The notes below the pieces were generated by a model. It worked only from the letters and a program-made list of their open reading frames with translations, searched no databases and had not been told where the DNA came from. Positions 53,357-64,000 of a stretch of DNA of 64,000 nucleotides are shown here, in pieces; position 1 is the stretch's first letter, and each line of letters starts with the position of its first letter. The stretch lies in NCBI GenBank assembly GCA_030141605.1, contig JAQGDQ010000107.1, positions 124,001-188,000 on the forward strand. The letters run 5' to 3'. The position numbers and the translations under genes are program-made. This DNA is from Tubiluchus corallicola. Its lineage: Eukaryota > Animalia > Priapulida.

Positions 53357-54197
53357 AGCGACACCGACAGTGACAGCGACAACAACAAAAACAACAACAG
53401 CTACAGGAACAGGAACAGCAATAGCGGTAACTGCATGTGCAGCAGCAACAACTACGATGACAACAACAACAACAACAACAATAACAGCAACAGCGACAGC
53501 GACAACGACAACGACAACAACAACAGCTACAGGAACAGCAACAGCAATAGCGGCAATGACAACACCAGCAGCAACAACCACAACAACAACGACAACAACA
53601 ACAGCAGCAGCAACAACAACAACAACAGTGACAGCGACAGTGATAACAACAACAACGACAACAACAACAGCTACAGGAATAGCAACAGCAATAGCGGCAA
53701 CGGCAGCAGCAGCAGTGACAACAACAACAACGGCAATGGCGACAATGACAATCACAACAACAACGACAACAACAACAGCAACAACAAAAACAACAACAAC
53801 AACGACAACAACAACAGCAACAACAAAAACAACAACAACAGCTACAGCAATAGCGGCAATGGCAACAGCAGCAGTGACAACAACAACAACGGCAATGACG
53901 AAAATGACAATGACAACGACAACGACAACAACAACAGCAACAACAAAAACAACAACAACAGCTACAGGAATAGCAACAGCAATAGCGGCAACGGCAGTAG
54001 CAGCAACTACAGCAGCAGCAACAGCAACAACAACAACAACAGCAGCAACAACAAAAACAACAAGAGCAGCAGCAACAGCAACAGCAACAACAACAACAAC
54101 AACAGCAACAACAACAACAGCAGCAACAGCAGTAACAGCAACAACAACAACAGCAACAACAGCAACAGTAGTAGCAGCAGCAGCAACAACAACAATA
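53357..54197. repeat. ~840-bp (AAC/AGC/GAC)n cryptic microsatellite with internal higher-order repeats
   Basis: Trinucleotide runs with a recurrent block gctacagga(a/c)..gcaacagcaatagcggcaa near 53400, 53527, 53670, 53841 and 53961. Confidence 0.95.
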
Positions 54198-54542
54198 AAA
54201 AAGGCGCTTCTTTGTACTACTCATTTGCTATTTCTAATTACGAAATGTATAAAATCTTGGGTACGTTTATTGCGATGTCGTTTCATTTGCTACATTAAAA
54301 TTGGCAAAATCTTGCCTTATAATTGCGCAAAACTTGTAAAATTATGCGCTTAATTAACCATGAATTGATGTGCGCGCACTATTTTTACTTTTATACCGTT
54401 TTGTGCGCCATTTAACAAATTCTTCATCAATTACTTTATATGAGCTTGGGCAGGCCTGGGGCAGTTCATTTAGCAGCGGGATCCTCACTTCTCGTTTGTA
54501 TAACGAGAAGAACAAACGTGTTGAACTAAATTTCAAGCTTAT

Positions 54543-54815
54543 TAGTCCCCGCGTAGATGTGCAATTTTCAGTTGCGCAATTAAAAGTTGTGCAGCCGAAA
54601 ATTGTAGCAATTTTACTCGTGCACCAAAATCGCACCCCCAGACAAGCAATTTTAAATTGCGCAACTGGCGCTATGAAGATTGAAGAGGTAGTCAGCGATT
54701 AGTGAAAGGGCGATTTTATAAGCTCTATGACCACTTTTACTGGCTTCATCCGAGTAATTTAGTTATTATCGGATGAGTTCAAATAGTTTTGATGAACTGC
54801 TGCGTAAGCTCGACA
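54543..54815 (+). mobile_element. PIF/Harbinger transposon 5' remnant
   Basis: QRLVKGRFYKLYDHF...YYRMSSNSFDELLRKL (frameshifted) resembles the Harbinger transposase N-terminal YFRMSxxSFDELL motif. It is preceded by ttgcgcaa-rich terminal sequence. Confidence 0.55.
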
Positions 54816-55064
54816 TCAAGTGGAGAAGCGTTACAGCATTACCTGAGAGAAACGACTCTTATCTTTGGCCTTCTCTTACTATACTGTGGGCATATTTTAC
54901 AATATAATCCATGCAAAATTTAAGCTCAATTGGTGTAGCAGCTGCACCATAATGTGATATGCTACCTTAATAACAAAAACTGCTTAAAAGTGAACGAATG
55001 GAGCCATCTATGCAGTTAAAAGACTCGAAATATTAATACAAATGTTGTTTAGCGATGAAAGATC

Positions 55065-55171
<107 letters not shown>

Positions 55172-55704
55172 TTTACAAACATAAGCTCAAGTACAATTAA
55201 TAAATGACACAATTAAAAAAACAAGGCATACAGGAACACGTCCCTACAATTACAGGGTTCTTTTTAAGCGCAGTATATTAAAAAATACCATAATTTATGA
55301 CAAACACATCTACATATGTTTCACAGTGCTAATTGAATACACTAATTCTTAGCAAAATAAGTCGTACCTTTTAATTTAGAATCAACTATTGTTGAAATGT
55401 TATGCAGATAGTTAATCAACAGTTTCTTAAGTTTTACATGTCTGCGCGGACCTTAGGGTTTGGATATGTCTGAATATTCGTTACTGTTTTTAGACGGAAG
55501 TTCCTTATTTTTGCCTTATAGGTATAAAATTTGCTGAGTAGGACCCCCAATAAAATCAGTTGCCACATCTAGAAGACAGTAACAACTGCAGCAACAATAG
55601 CTGTGGTAACAACAACAGTTTCAGCAAAAGAAGCAATAGCAAAAAATGTGTCTAGCTCTTAAATTATGTCTACAATTTCAACAGGTAGCCTGTTTTCAGA
55701 TTTA

Positions 55705-56092
55705 AAGTGTTTTGAAAGTATTAAACATTTTTTGCTCGATTGCCCTTTGCATGTTGCTAGTAGAGAGGACCTCAAAGAACGACTAACAAACCTATACCAA
55801 ACAAACACATTACCTTTTAATATAAATAACTTTAACCCACAATTAGAAACTTCAGTTTTTCTTTCAGGTAGTTCACTACTAAGTTATGAACAGAACATCA
55901 TTCTATTTGATCTGGTGCAGCAATATATTGGTTCATCTAACCGTTTTAATTATCATAATTAACAATTGGAATAGTTATGTATATTTTGTGATAGATTTGT
56001 TTTTCCTGTCAAACTGCACTCCTGTAAATTTTGCAGCCTGAAGCAATTTGATCAGCATTTATTTGCTAAAGGCAATTATTTCAAATAAATGT
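55705..56092 (+). mobile_element. 5'-truncated non-LTR retrotransposon (zinc-knuckle C-terminus and 3' UTR)
   Basis: ESIKHFLLDCPLH..SREDL...FLSGSSLLSYEQNIILFDLVQQYIGSSNRF-stop, then a short UTR ending aataaa. Confidence 0.8.
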
Positions 56093-57627
56093 TTACAAAA
56101 AATGTTTTGCAACATAAAACATTGAAAATTAAAGTCACTATAGCTGGAAGTTAACAACAGAATATTATTGGAAACATTAGATTGATTTTAAACCCAGTCA
56201 CGTGGTTAGATCGACTCAAACGTACCACGCCTTCAATTAATTATAATATAATTATTATGCAACGCGTTAAATTTTAATTTTCTCGTACACTTCCGTTCCG
56301 TCACAAAAGACAAGTCTAAAGTGAACTTGTATCCGACCCACTCAAAGCGTCGAGTGTAATTAGACTTTATGACTCATACTCGTTCATCGTTTTAATTATT
56401 TTTTCAGCAATAAAGCGGTATGATTACAAACCAAATCAAAAATACCGTGTTAATTACCATGTTGCGTTCTTTATGATTGCTCTAGTAATCTTGTTATGCC
56501 TCTTTTGAACGGGGATTCTCTAATCAAAGGCAAATGTTTTTAATTCACTCAAAGCAAATCAGAGTAATATAATACAGATGCTGCTGATACGTGTTTTTAG
56601 CTATTAAAAAAGAGAAACGCTAAAACAAAAAACGAAATTTGTGAAAAGAAGAGAAGCAAAAAGAAAAATGATGGTTATGGTGGTGGTGATGATAACGACG
56701 ACGACAACAACAACAACAACAACAACGACGGCGGCGGCATCATGACGATGATGATGATGATAATTATTTTGACGATAACAGTGACCACAACGACCGCAGT
56801 GGCAACGACGATGATTAAGATAATGATGGTAGTGCGTCAGTTAGTCAGTTATGACAAAAAAAAGTTAATATTGACGGCAACTTATATGTCTGTGTCCCAA
56901 TTTCTCGTTTTTGTGTTTTTTTCATCACCATTTTTTCTTTTTTTAAATTATCTTTTTTGTGTCCACTCATTTGTTAAGTTCACTCTGCACAAGTTTTCTT
57001 ACAATTTCGACTTGTTGTGTCTTCATGTGCTGATGATTTATAAACTTTGTATATTACATATTGTTCTGTATGTACATGTACACATTGGCATTGTAAAATC
57101 TAAAAGTAAATGCGCAATAGTTATCTTTCCGTCTGCGCAGTAGCTGTTGAGATTTTTGTCTTTGACACAGGCGAACTTACATTTGCTTGTCATGTTCAAA
57201 TTCCATTGAGACTCTTATGGTAAGGTTACACGATTGTCAGCAATGCTTCGAATGTCAGAGCTAATAGATAAAGCATGTAAAATGCTAAGCGTTACAGTTT
57301 GATAGATTTCATGATAATGACCAAAAAGCAAGAATGCCCGCTTTAGATTCATCCCGTGTTTCACTAGTCAGTGATTGAACTCAATTACAGATTCTTGAGA
57401 AGCTACTAATGATTAGTATTTTGATGAAAAGTTTTTATTGATTTTACACTGAAGAGGAAAATGGTGTAATCTTGCACGTCTGATACGCTTGGCGGCGCTG
57501 CGTGTGTGGTTTAGATTGTTGAATTTCCAAGAGAAAGTTCTTTTTCCATTTGAAGAACTCGCGTGCAGTGTTGTTTCTGTTGAAAACTTTTACTAGGACA
57601 GGGTTTATTATGTATGATTGTATATCG

Positions 57628-57861
57628 TTTCGCCAGTCTACTTTTTTCGCCAGGCGAAAAAGTAATTGGTGAAAAAGTGCACTGGTGAAAAAGTAGACTG
57701 GCGAAAAAGTGCACTGGCGAAAAAGTAGACTGGCGAAAAAGTGCACTGGCGAAAAAGTAGACTGGCGAAAAATTGCACTAGCGAAAAAGTAGACTGGCGA
57801 AAAAGTGCACTGACGAAAAAGTAGACTGGCGAAAAGATAACTGGCGAATTGGGGGATTACC
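57628..57861. repeat. 16-bp tandem array with alternating units (32-bp higher-order repeat) and inverted lead-in; probable DNA-transposon subterminal array
   Basis: ctggcgaaaaagtaga alternates with ctggcgaaaaagtgca over ~12 units, preceded by inverted units tttcgccagtctacttttttcgccag. Confidence 0.88.
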
Positions 57862-58399
57862 ATTATGTATAATGTAGAACCAGGTATAATTTCTGTGAAA
57901 GTCACGTGACCTGTCTTGTGATTGGCTAGGTAGAATTGGGGAAGGGATCGATATCAACATTGTTCTTTACCTTTTGCATTGTTGTTGATAGTGAGGTTAG
58001 AGTTTATGACCGTGAAAAATATACTAGGCCCTGTATATATATACAATATATATTGTATATGCAAGAAATATATACAAGAAACGTTATGAGGGTATGTACA
58101 TTACATTATTTATACGTACATAATATAAGATGCATTACACAACTGCTTATGAAAATAAACGATAATGTTAATCGCGATAATGTTAATGTCATTTACCATT
58201 AATAAATATTTTTCCTAGTTTTTATCTAGTAGGAAGCTGTAAAAAATCAAAATTCTTCTTTACGAAGTTCTTTTCTTTTCTTATAGTGACCTGAAGGACC
58301 AGTCTCTTCATTAATCACCAGTGGCTAGCGGCAGCAGTCATACTTCAGTGGACGCTGAACGTTAATTTGCTTTTACTGGCGACCATATTATTCCAAAAC

Positions 58400-58670
58400 A
58401 TGTCGAATTCCACCGATATATCGAGAACTAACTTATCCTACAGCACGGAGCTAAAATTGGACCATAACTGGGAAATAGTGTTTCTAACAATGGCGTACGT
58501 GATAGTGTTCATTGTGGGAGTGGTTGGAAACAGTTTTGTGTTAGCTGTGGTGATTCGAAGTCCACACATGTGGAACGTTACCAATCTTTTCATTGCTAAC
58601 CTTGCGGCGGCGGACATATTGGTGTTGCTCTTCTGTTTACCTTTTAATCTAGTCAATAGTTTATTTGCAA
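58400..58670 (+). CDS. Rhodopsin-family neuropeptide GPCR (SIFamide/NPFF receptor-like), first coding exon (N-terminus, TM1, TM2)
   Basis: [13 protein letters not shown] (two N-glycosylation sequons), TM1 [23 protein letters not shown]1 [25 protein letters not shown] (TM2 LAxAD). Donor caa|gtaagt at 58670/58671 (phase 1). The upstream acceptor ttatag at 58286 suggests a 5' UTR intron. No downstream exon found in the window. Confidence 0.9.
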
Positions 58671-59565
58671 GTAAGTATGCACACTTCTAACGGTAATCAT
58701 TCATTTTAAACACTAAAATAGAGCCAATGGCAGATTCATCTGTAGCCTTATTGTAAGGTGAATTGTTCATTGCACCCTAACATAGGTAAGAATTGTTACT
58801 AATATAATTAATTAGTTAATGCGCATGTACCAGGTAATTAAAAATTATCAAATTTTGCATTTAAGACGAATGAAAATTGAATTATTGTACGAATGTGTTA
58901 GTTTATAATAAAATAATGTTCAATAATGGGAAAGAAGAGACACACGTGACTATCTTTAAATAATAATTTAACAATTACGTATTTAAAATTAATGTTATGA
59001 GGACGTCGTATAGGGACTATAATCTTCAGGTACAGCAGTGAACTCTTGTGAAACTTTTCTAATTTGTAAGAGCTCAAGCTCATTACCCAGTAAGAATGGT
59101 GATTGGTTGAAAAAATTCACCGAAAAAAATCAAGAAAGCCCATTGGAGAAATTATAGGCTTACAAGCGAAGGGAGCTTTTTGGTAATTTGTTTTTAAAGA
59201 CTATTATCGTTTTATTCTAATTAAAATAACTGTTGAGTTTTCAGTGAAAAAAAAACAGAAAAAGCACATTCTGTTGTGACGATCACTTGTCGTGACCTGC
59301 ATATTTTTCCAGCATTATTCGAAATTCGAAATGATGCCTAGTATTTGTTTTAGACAATATTTCAAGCTTCATCCAATAGTAACTTGTTTACTTTTATCAG
59401 ATAATTATTTAAAACACTTTCGTTGGCAACTTTGTTTTGTTGCGCGATATTACATTTATTTCATGCGGCAATATTTTTGTTTTCTAAGAACTTTCTTTGT
59501 AATACAGCAATCTCATCGAAGCTTATTTTTACGATAAAATAAATTTCTGACTATATAATAACTAA

Positions 59566-59671
59566 AGGTGCTTTCATATTTTTACGGAATGTACTTCCAA
59601 CGAAACAAGTGAATAATCGTCTGCCCGATCGACATCATCGCAGCACATTCTGTATGCATGTGAAAGTACCT
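59566..59671. mobile_element. Tourist/Harbinger-like mini-MITE (106 bp)
   Basis: Imperfect 27-bp TIRs aggtgctttcatatttttacggaatgt / acattctgtatgcatgtgaaagtacct, flanked by TAA and TTA. Confidence 0.7.
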
Positions 59672-60249
59672 TTACCATTATCACGTTTCTTCCGTTCTTA
59701 TGGCCACCATAACACCCACTTTATCAATTTATTTTCACACCTGAAGGCCAGAGATAAGATTTGATTACAATTTTTTTTCATTTGCTTGTAAAAATACATG
59801 TAGTTTGTATGTTAAAATAATTGTGCAAATGCAAGTAATTTCGCCTTTACCTACAAGGCTTTTAATGTTTGTTCAACTCAACAATTAGGGTTGTTTAGAA
59901 ACAATTTACCAGCACATTTCTCTCTAAGTGTTGCATTTAATGAGAAGGGATGCGCTCGTCTAGATTGTATTTCTATAAACGTGCAAATCTGCGTCATAAA
60001 ACAAAACCAAACTAGCAAAGGGTAGATTAAAAACAGACAAAGTTACTGGCAATGATAACAAGAACAGATGACATCGACAATGAGCTACCGACGACGACGA
60101 CGACGATGAAAACATTGGTGAGTGATGTTGATGTTTGAAGGATGAAAAAAGAATGAAGGAGGTATAGTTGTTGTAAGACGGTTTTGCGTATTATAGCAAT
60201 ATTATAACTATAGGGGAATAATGTTCTGAGAAGTGACGAAAACAATAGT

Positions 60250-60638
60250 GACGACGCGAAATAACGATGACGATGTAATGGTGATGGTGATGTTGATGAT
60301 GATGATGATGACGATGATGATGATGAAAACGACGATGACGACGACGATGATGACGATGACAATGATGGTGATGATGATCATCATCATGATCATGATCATG
60401 ACGATAATGGTGATGAGGATGATGATGATGATGACGACGACGACGACAATGATAATGATAATGAAAACGACGATGACGACGACGATGTAATGATGATGGT
60501 GATGTTGTTGATGATGATGATGAAAACGACGATGACGACGACGATGGTGACGATGACAATGATGGTGATGATGATGATGATGATGGTGATGGTGATGATG
60601 ATGATGATGATGTAGATGATGATGATGATGATGATGAT
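60250..60638. repeat. (GAT/GAC)n microsatellite with internal duplication
   Basis: Directly visible; explains the His/Ser/Met-rich ORFs. Confidence 0.93.
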
Positions 60639-61182
60639 AAATTCTACTCTTATCCACCAGGCTAAGTTTTCTTTGCATAATCTCTGCAGTAGTCAATGAT
60701 TGCACGACAACAAACACTCATAAAGAATGGAAGACTTCCCTTTGCTAATCAGAGGAAGCTCCAATCACATTCATTCTGATAATCCGCTATGAAAAAGTTA
60801 TTGTGCAGTAAGAACCCACTAATGACGACAGAAAGATTGCTGTTGATCGCCGTGAAAGAATATCGGCGGATTTAGCAAGGATTATTTTATGAAGTGGCTC
60901 AACGAAATTTGTCGAGGATTATGCAAGATTAAATAAGATGAATACAATTTTTCAGAAATAATATTGTTTGCAAACAGAAGCTGAAACTTGACGCTAAAAG
61001 TTTTTTATGGTCTTGCGAGCTTACTGAATTATGGCGCCCGAAAAATCGTGGAAAGTGCTTGTTGGTCAACTTCTTATCGAGAGGAGATTATTCTAGTCTT
61101 GAACGGAGTGTTCAGAAATTAGAAGTTGGAAAAAATTTAAGGAAGACCCGAAGTAATAATTGACGTAGCAGCATTGTCTTGG

Positions 61183-61400
61183 GTTGGTTGGCCGACTGGT
61201 CTAGATTTCGGACATGCAGTCTTGAGTTCGAGACTACCGGCTACCAATGTCAGGGCACATACCCTACATATTCGTGTTTAAGTGTCCTTATCCATATTGT
61301 TTTAAGTATAAGCCGCTAAATAACTGTTAGTGCAAGTGTTGTCTATTAAACAAGCGACAGCAAATAAATGTTGTCCTTGTCTTACGAGGGCACGCTAATC
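61183..61400 (+). mobile_element. Degenerate tRNA-derived SINE
   Basis: A-box-like tggccgactgg and B-box-like gagttcgagact. End point approximate. Confidence 0.35.
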
Positions 61401-61959
61401 CACTACAAACATTTAATTTCAGAACAAACTTAAATTTAACAAAGCAAGCAAAGTCCCACTTCTAAACTTCCAAAGTACAAACTGTTTCCAAGCAATAAAA
61501 GTTTGTCTTGAAACTGTATAAACTTGTCTTGAAACAGAAAAATATTCCGTTGCATATGGATAACTAAAAGCCGATACGGCAGCCCGCAGCACCAAGGGGA
61601 GACTTGCACTCGCTGTCTGTTGTTAGACCTAGCGTAATAAAAATGTTGACTTAGATACAGAATATGTTTTGTACGTATGTTCTTTTCGTGCGTAAATTTT
61701 TCTGTATATTTTGAGCAAATAACTAAATTACCGTACAAAAATACCACTTTAGGGGCCAATCAAAAGTTTCCCGAGTTCTGCTGAACACTTGGAGTTTGAC
61801 TATGTTTATACGCCCTTAAAAGAGACACAGAAGAAGAGGAGAAAGCAGAGAAGGAGGAGAAAGTTAATAATGCGTAAAACCGCTGCCTGCAGTTAAACGA
61901 TATATTTTGCTTTATGAAACTGTCCAAGGGCAATTGGGTGTCCCTAAGTAGACTCGCGG

Positions 61960-62164
61960 ACGTTAGACTTTCATATAATATTACTCCTATCAGCATTTTC
62001 ATCAAAGTTTCATTTGTGTGTACTTTACATATATTGCTTTTCTCAAATTTCATCATTATGAATCCTAATACAAATGCGAGTGTTGGACTGACTAATACTA
62101 CAAGCGCAAGAAAAATAGCGCATGCCTGCTTCCATGCTGGATGATAGACCAAATTTTTTTTCAT
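61960..62164 (-). mobile_element. Possible hAT transposase dimerisation-domain remnant
   Basis: ALVVLVSPTLAFVLGFIMMKFEKSNICKVHTNETLMKMLI loosely follows the pattern LxLPxSTAxxERGFSxMKxxKTxxRxxLxxETLxxLMxI. Confidence 0.35.
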
Positions 62165-63039
62165 AATTCTTGAGAATTTTTTACAAGCTTGCTGCTAATT
62201 TTGTGAATATATCCAATTGTCATCAGTGATCTTCAAATGACATCTGACTTCATATAAAGCGATGTATTTGAAATAGTCAACTCACTGGCAGCCTGTAGTT
62301 TAGAAAACCAAACTCTTTAAACCACCGACCTCCTCATGAAATCTGGCGTAAGTGAGTAGGACAGGAAGTGACGTAACTAGGAAATGACGTAAGTGAATAG
62401 GACAGGAAATGAAGTAACTAGGAAGCCCGGGACACTCTATCTAACGTTGCCACAACCCAGTTTTGAAGTAAAATGAACTAAAAAAATTTCAAATATCAAA
62501 AGATTTCAGTGTTGATGATGATTACATCGAGTCTTTTAAATAATAGAACACGATAAAGGGAAAGAAAATGTAAGTCAATTTATCCAAATATAGAAACATT
62601 GGTACTATAACGGTCCATTGCCTTTTGGTTCCAATTAATCATAAATTATTACCATAATAATAACAACATAATATGGATATCATTGTGTACTAGCAAACTG
62701 AATATAAAATAAATAGATAATCAAGACTTATGAATTATGATTATATATGAGTTAGGCATTAATGTATAAACAAATTATATTTTATCTTAGTATTTTATGT
62801 ATTTTTATTTTCTATACGAATGTCAGTTTTCGACCCTCTTTTAAACCTACTTTAGACCTCCCGAATGATCTGTTTGACCTCTAAAGTCGAAGCTGACCAA
62901 TTCTGGAACCCTGCTGTAATTTGTAAAAATTTCATAAGCAAAACTTTTATTTCCTGTTATGTAACACAAGGGGATCAAACTTAGCATTCACCCACGTTTG
63001 TTGAATGCGTACTAATCACTTGCCTGACTAAGATAAAAC

Positions 63040-63316
63040 CTGCGCCGGGTTTAGGTATCAGCTGAGTAAGCGACAGCTTAGGGCCTCACAATCTACATGG
63101 GGCCTCAACAAGGTTCCAGATTGGGTTTTATACCCATTTTTATATTTAAGTAATAATTTAGTAATGTTTTAGTCAAGTGTATTGTTCTCTTTGCTATAAA
63201 TAATTAAGCCACGCATATTTTCAAGTTTTCTGGGACCAATTGGCGAAATTTAAAAAAAGAGGGCCTCAGAGCCTTATATAGTGCTTATATCCTCACCAAG
63301 TGTGAATACGGCACTG
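63040..63316. mobile_element. hAT-type MITE (277 bp)
   Basis: Perfect 8-bp TSD gataaaac (63032-63039 and 63317-63324). Imperfect TIRs ctgcgccgggtt / aatacggcactg. gggcctca subterminal motifs. Confidence 0.8.
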
Positions 63317-63398
63317 GATAAAACACCGCTTCGGACTTATGGGTCATGTTTAGTCTATTTTATACGTGTTATTGTGAAAACAAAATGGTATATCTGCT

Positions 63399-63636
<238 letters not shown>

Positions 63637-64000
63637 TTCACTGCTCCCCAATCCCCCTTCTCAAGCTGAACAGACTGCATCAGCCATTACAGCATAGCAA
63701 CAAAACACAGCATAGTGCTCACAAACGGAAATGTCGGCACCGGCTTATATTTTACATAAATTGTCGTGAGGTGTTAGGCGGTTATTATGCGGCGAGCAAT
63801 AAAGATGGAAATTTGTGGCCCGGGATAATGGCCTGGATTAAATGATTTAAGTTTGGAAAAGGTTAAACGCTGGCAGCAGTTAAACTGCTACATTTCAGAA
63901 TGTATTAGACTTCGGTTAGTTAAATGATTATTGCTCCGTTGTTGTTGTGGCTTCCTAGATTTAAAGCAGCACTGACTGAACGAAACACATGATTGGGTGC

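Noticed and set aside
53235-54353. Long Cys-rich (329 aa), Asn/Ser-rich (325 aa) and Thr/Ala-rich (327 aa) ORFs
   Set aside because: All are overlapping frames of one AAC/AGC triplet tract. I saw no splice signals, domain or unique coding flanks; not a metallothionein or mucin.
61760-62164. 134-aa minus-strand ORF as a membrane protein gene
   Set aside because: It lies antisense in the GPCR intron and lacks gene context. The hydrophobic stretch is better explained as a decayed hAT dimerisation motif.

Overview
AT-rich, repeat-dense eukaryotic genomic DNA from an invertebrate animal. A lophotrochozoan-like protostome is my inference, from the 5S-like sequence, the SINE cores and the receptor type. 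Two protein-coding genes are supported, both on the + strand and both cut by the window edges. (1) The last four coding exons of an MTA1/2/3 (metastasis-associated, NuRD scaffold) gene at 1518-5208; the splice phases join cleanly and the C-terminus matches the RBBP4-binding R2 region plus terminal SIM. (2) The first coding exon of a rhodopsin-class neuropeptide GPCR (SIFamide/NPFF-receptor-like) at 58400-58670. I found no intact gene in the ~53 kb between them. That interval is filled with microsatellites, tandem arrays, decayed LINE/Penelope fragments, tRNA-derived SINEs, and hAT, Kolobok-like and Harbinger-like MITEs, often nested. The most notable items are a 5S rRNA-headed SINE-like element (39555-40123), a minimal hammerhead-ribozyme motif with one core substitution at the end of a Penelope-like remnant, nested insertions whose order can be read from TSDs, and a foldback inverted duplication that includes its microsatellite flanks. 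Most long ORFs in the supplied track are microsatellite artefacts. I see no convincing evidence of a wholly new multi-gene system.
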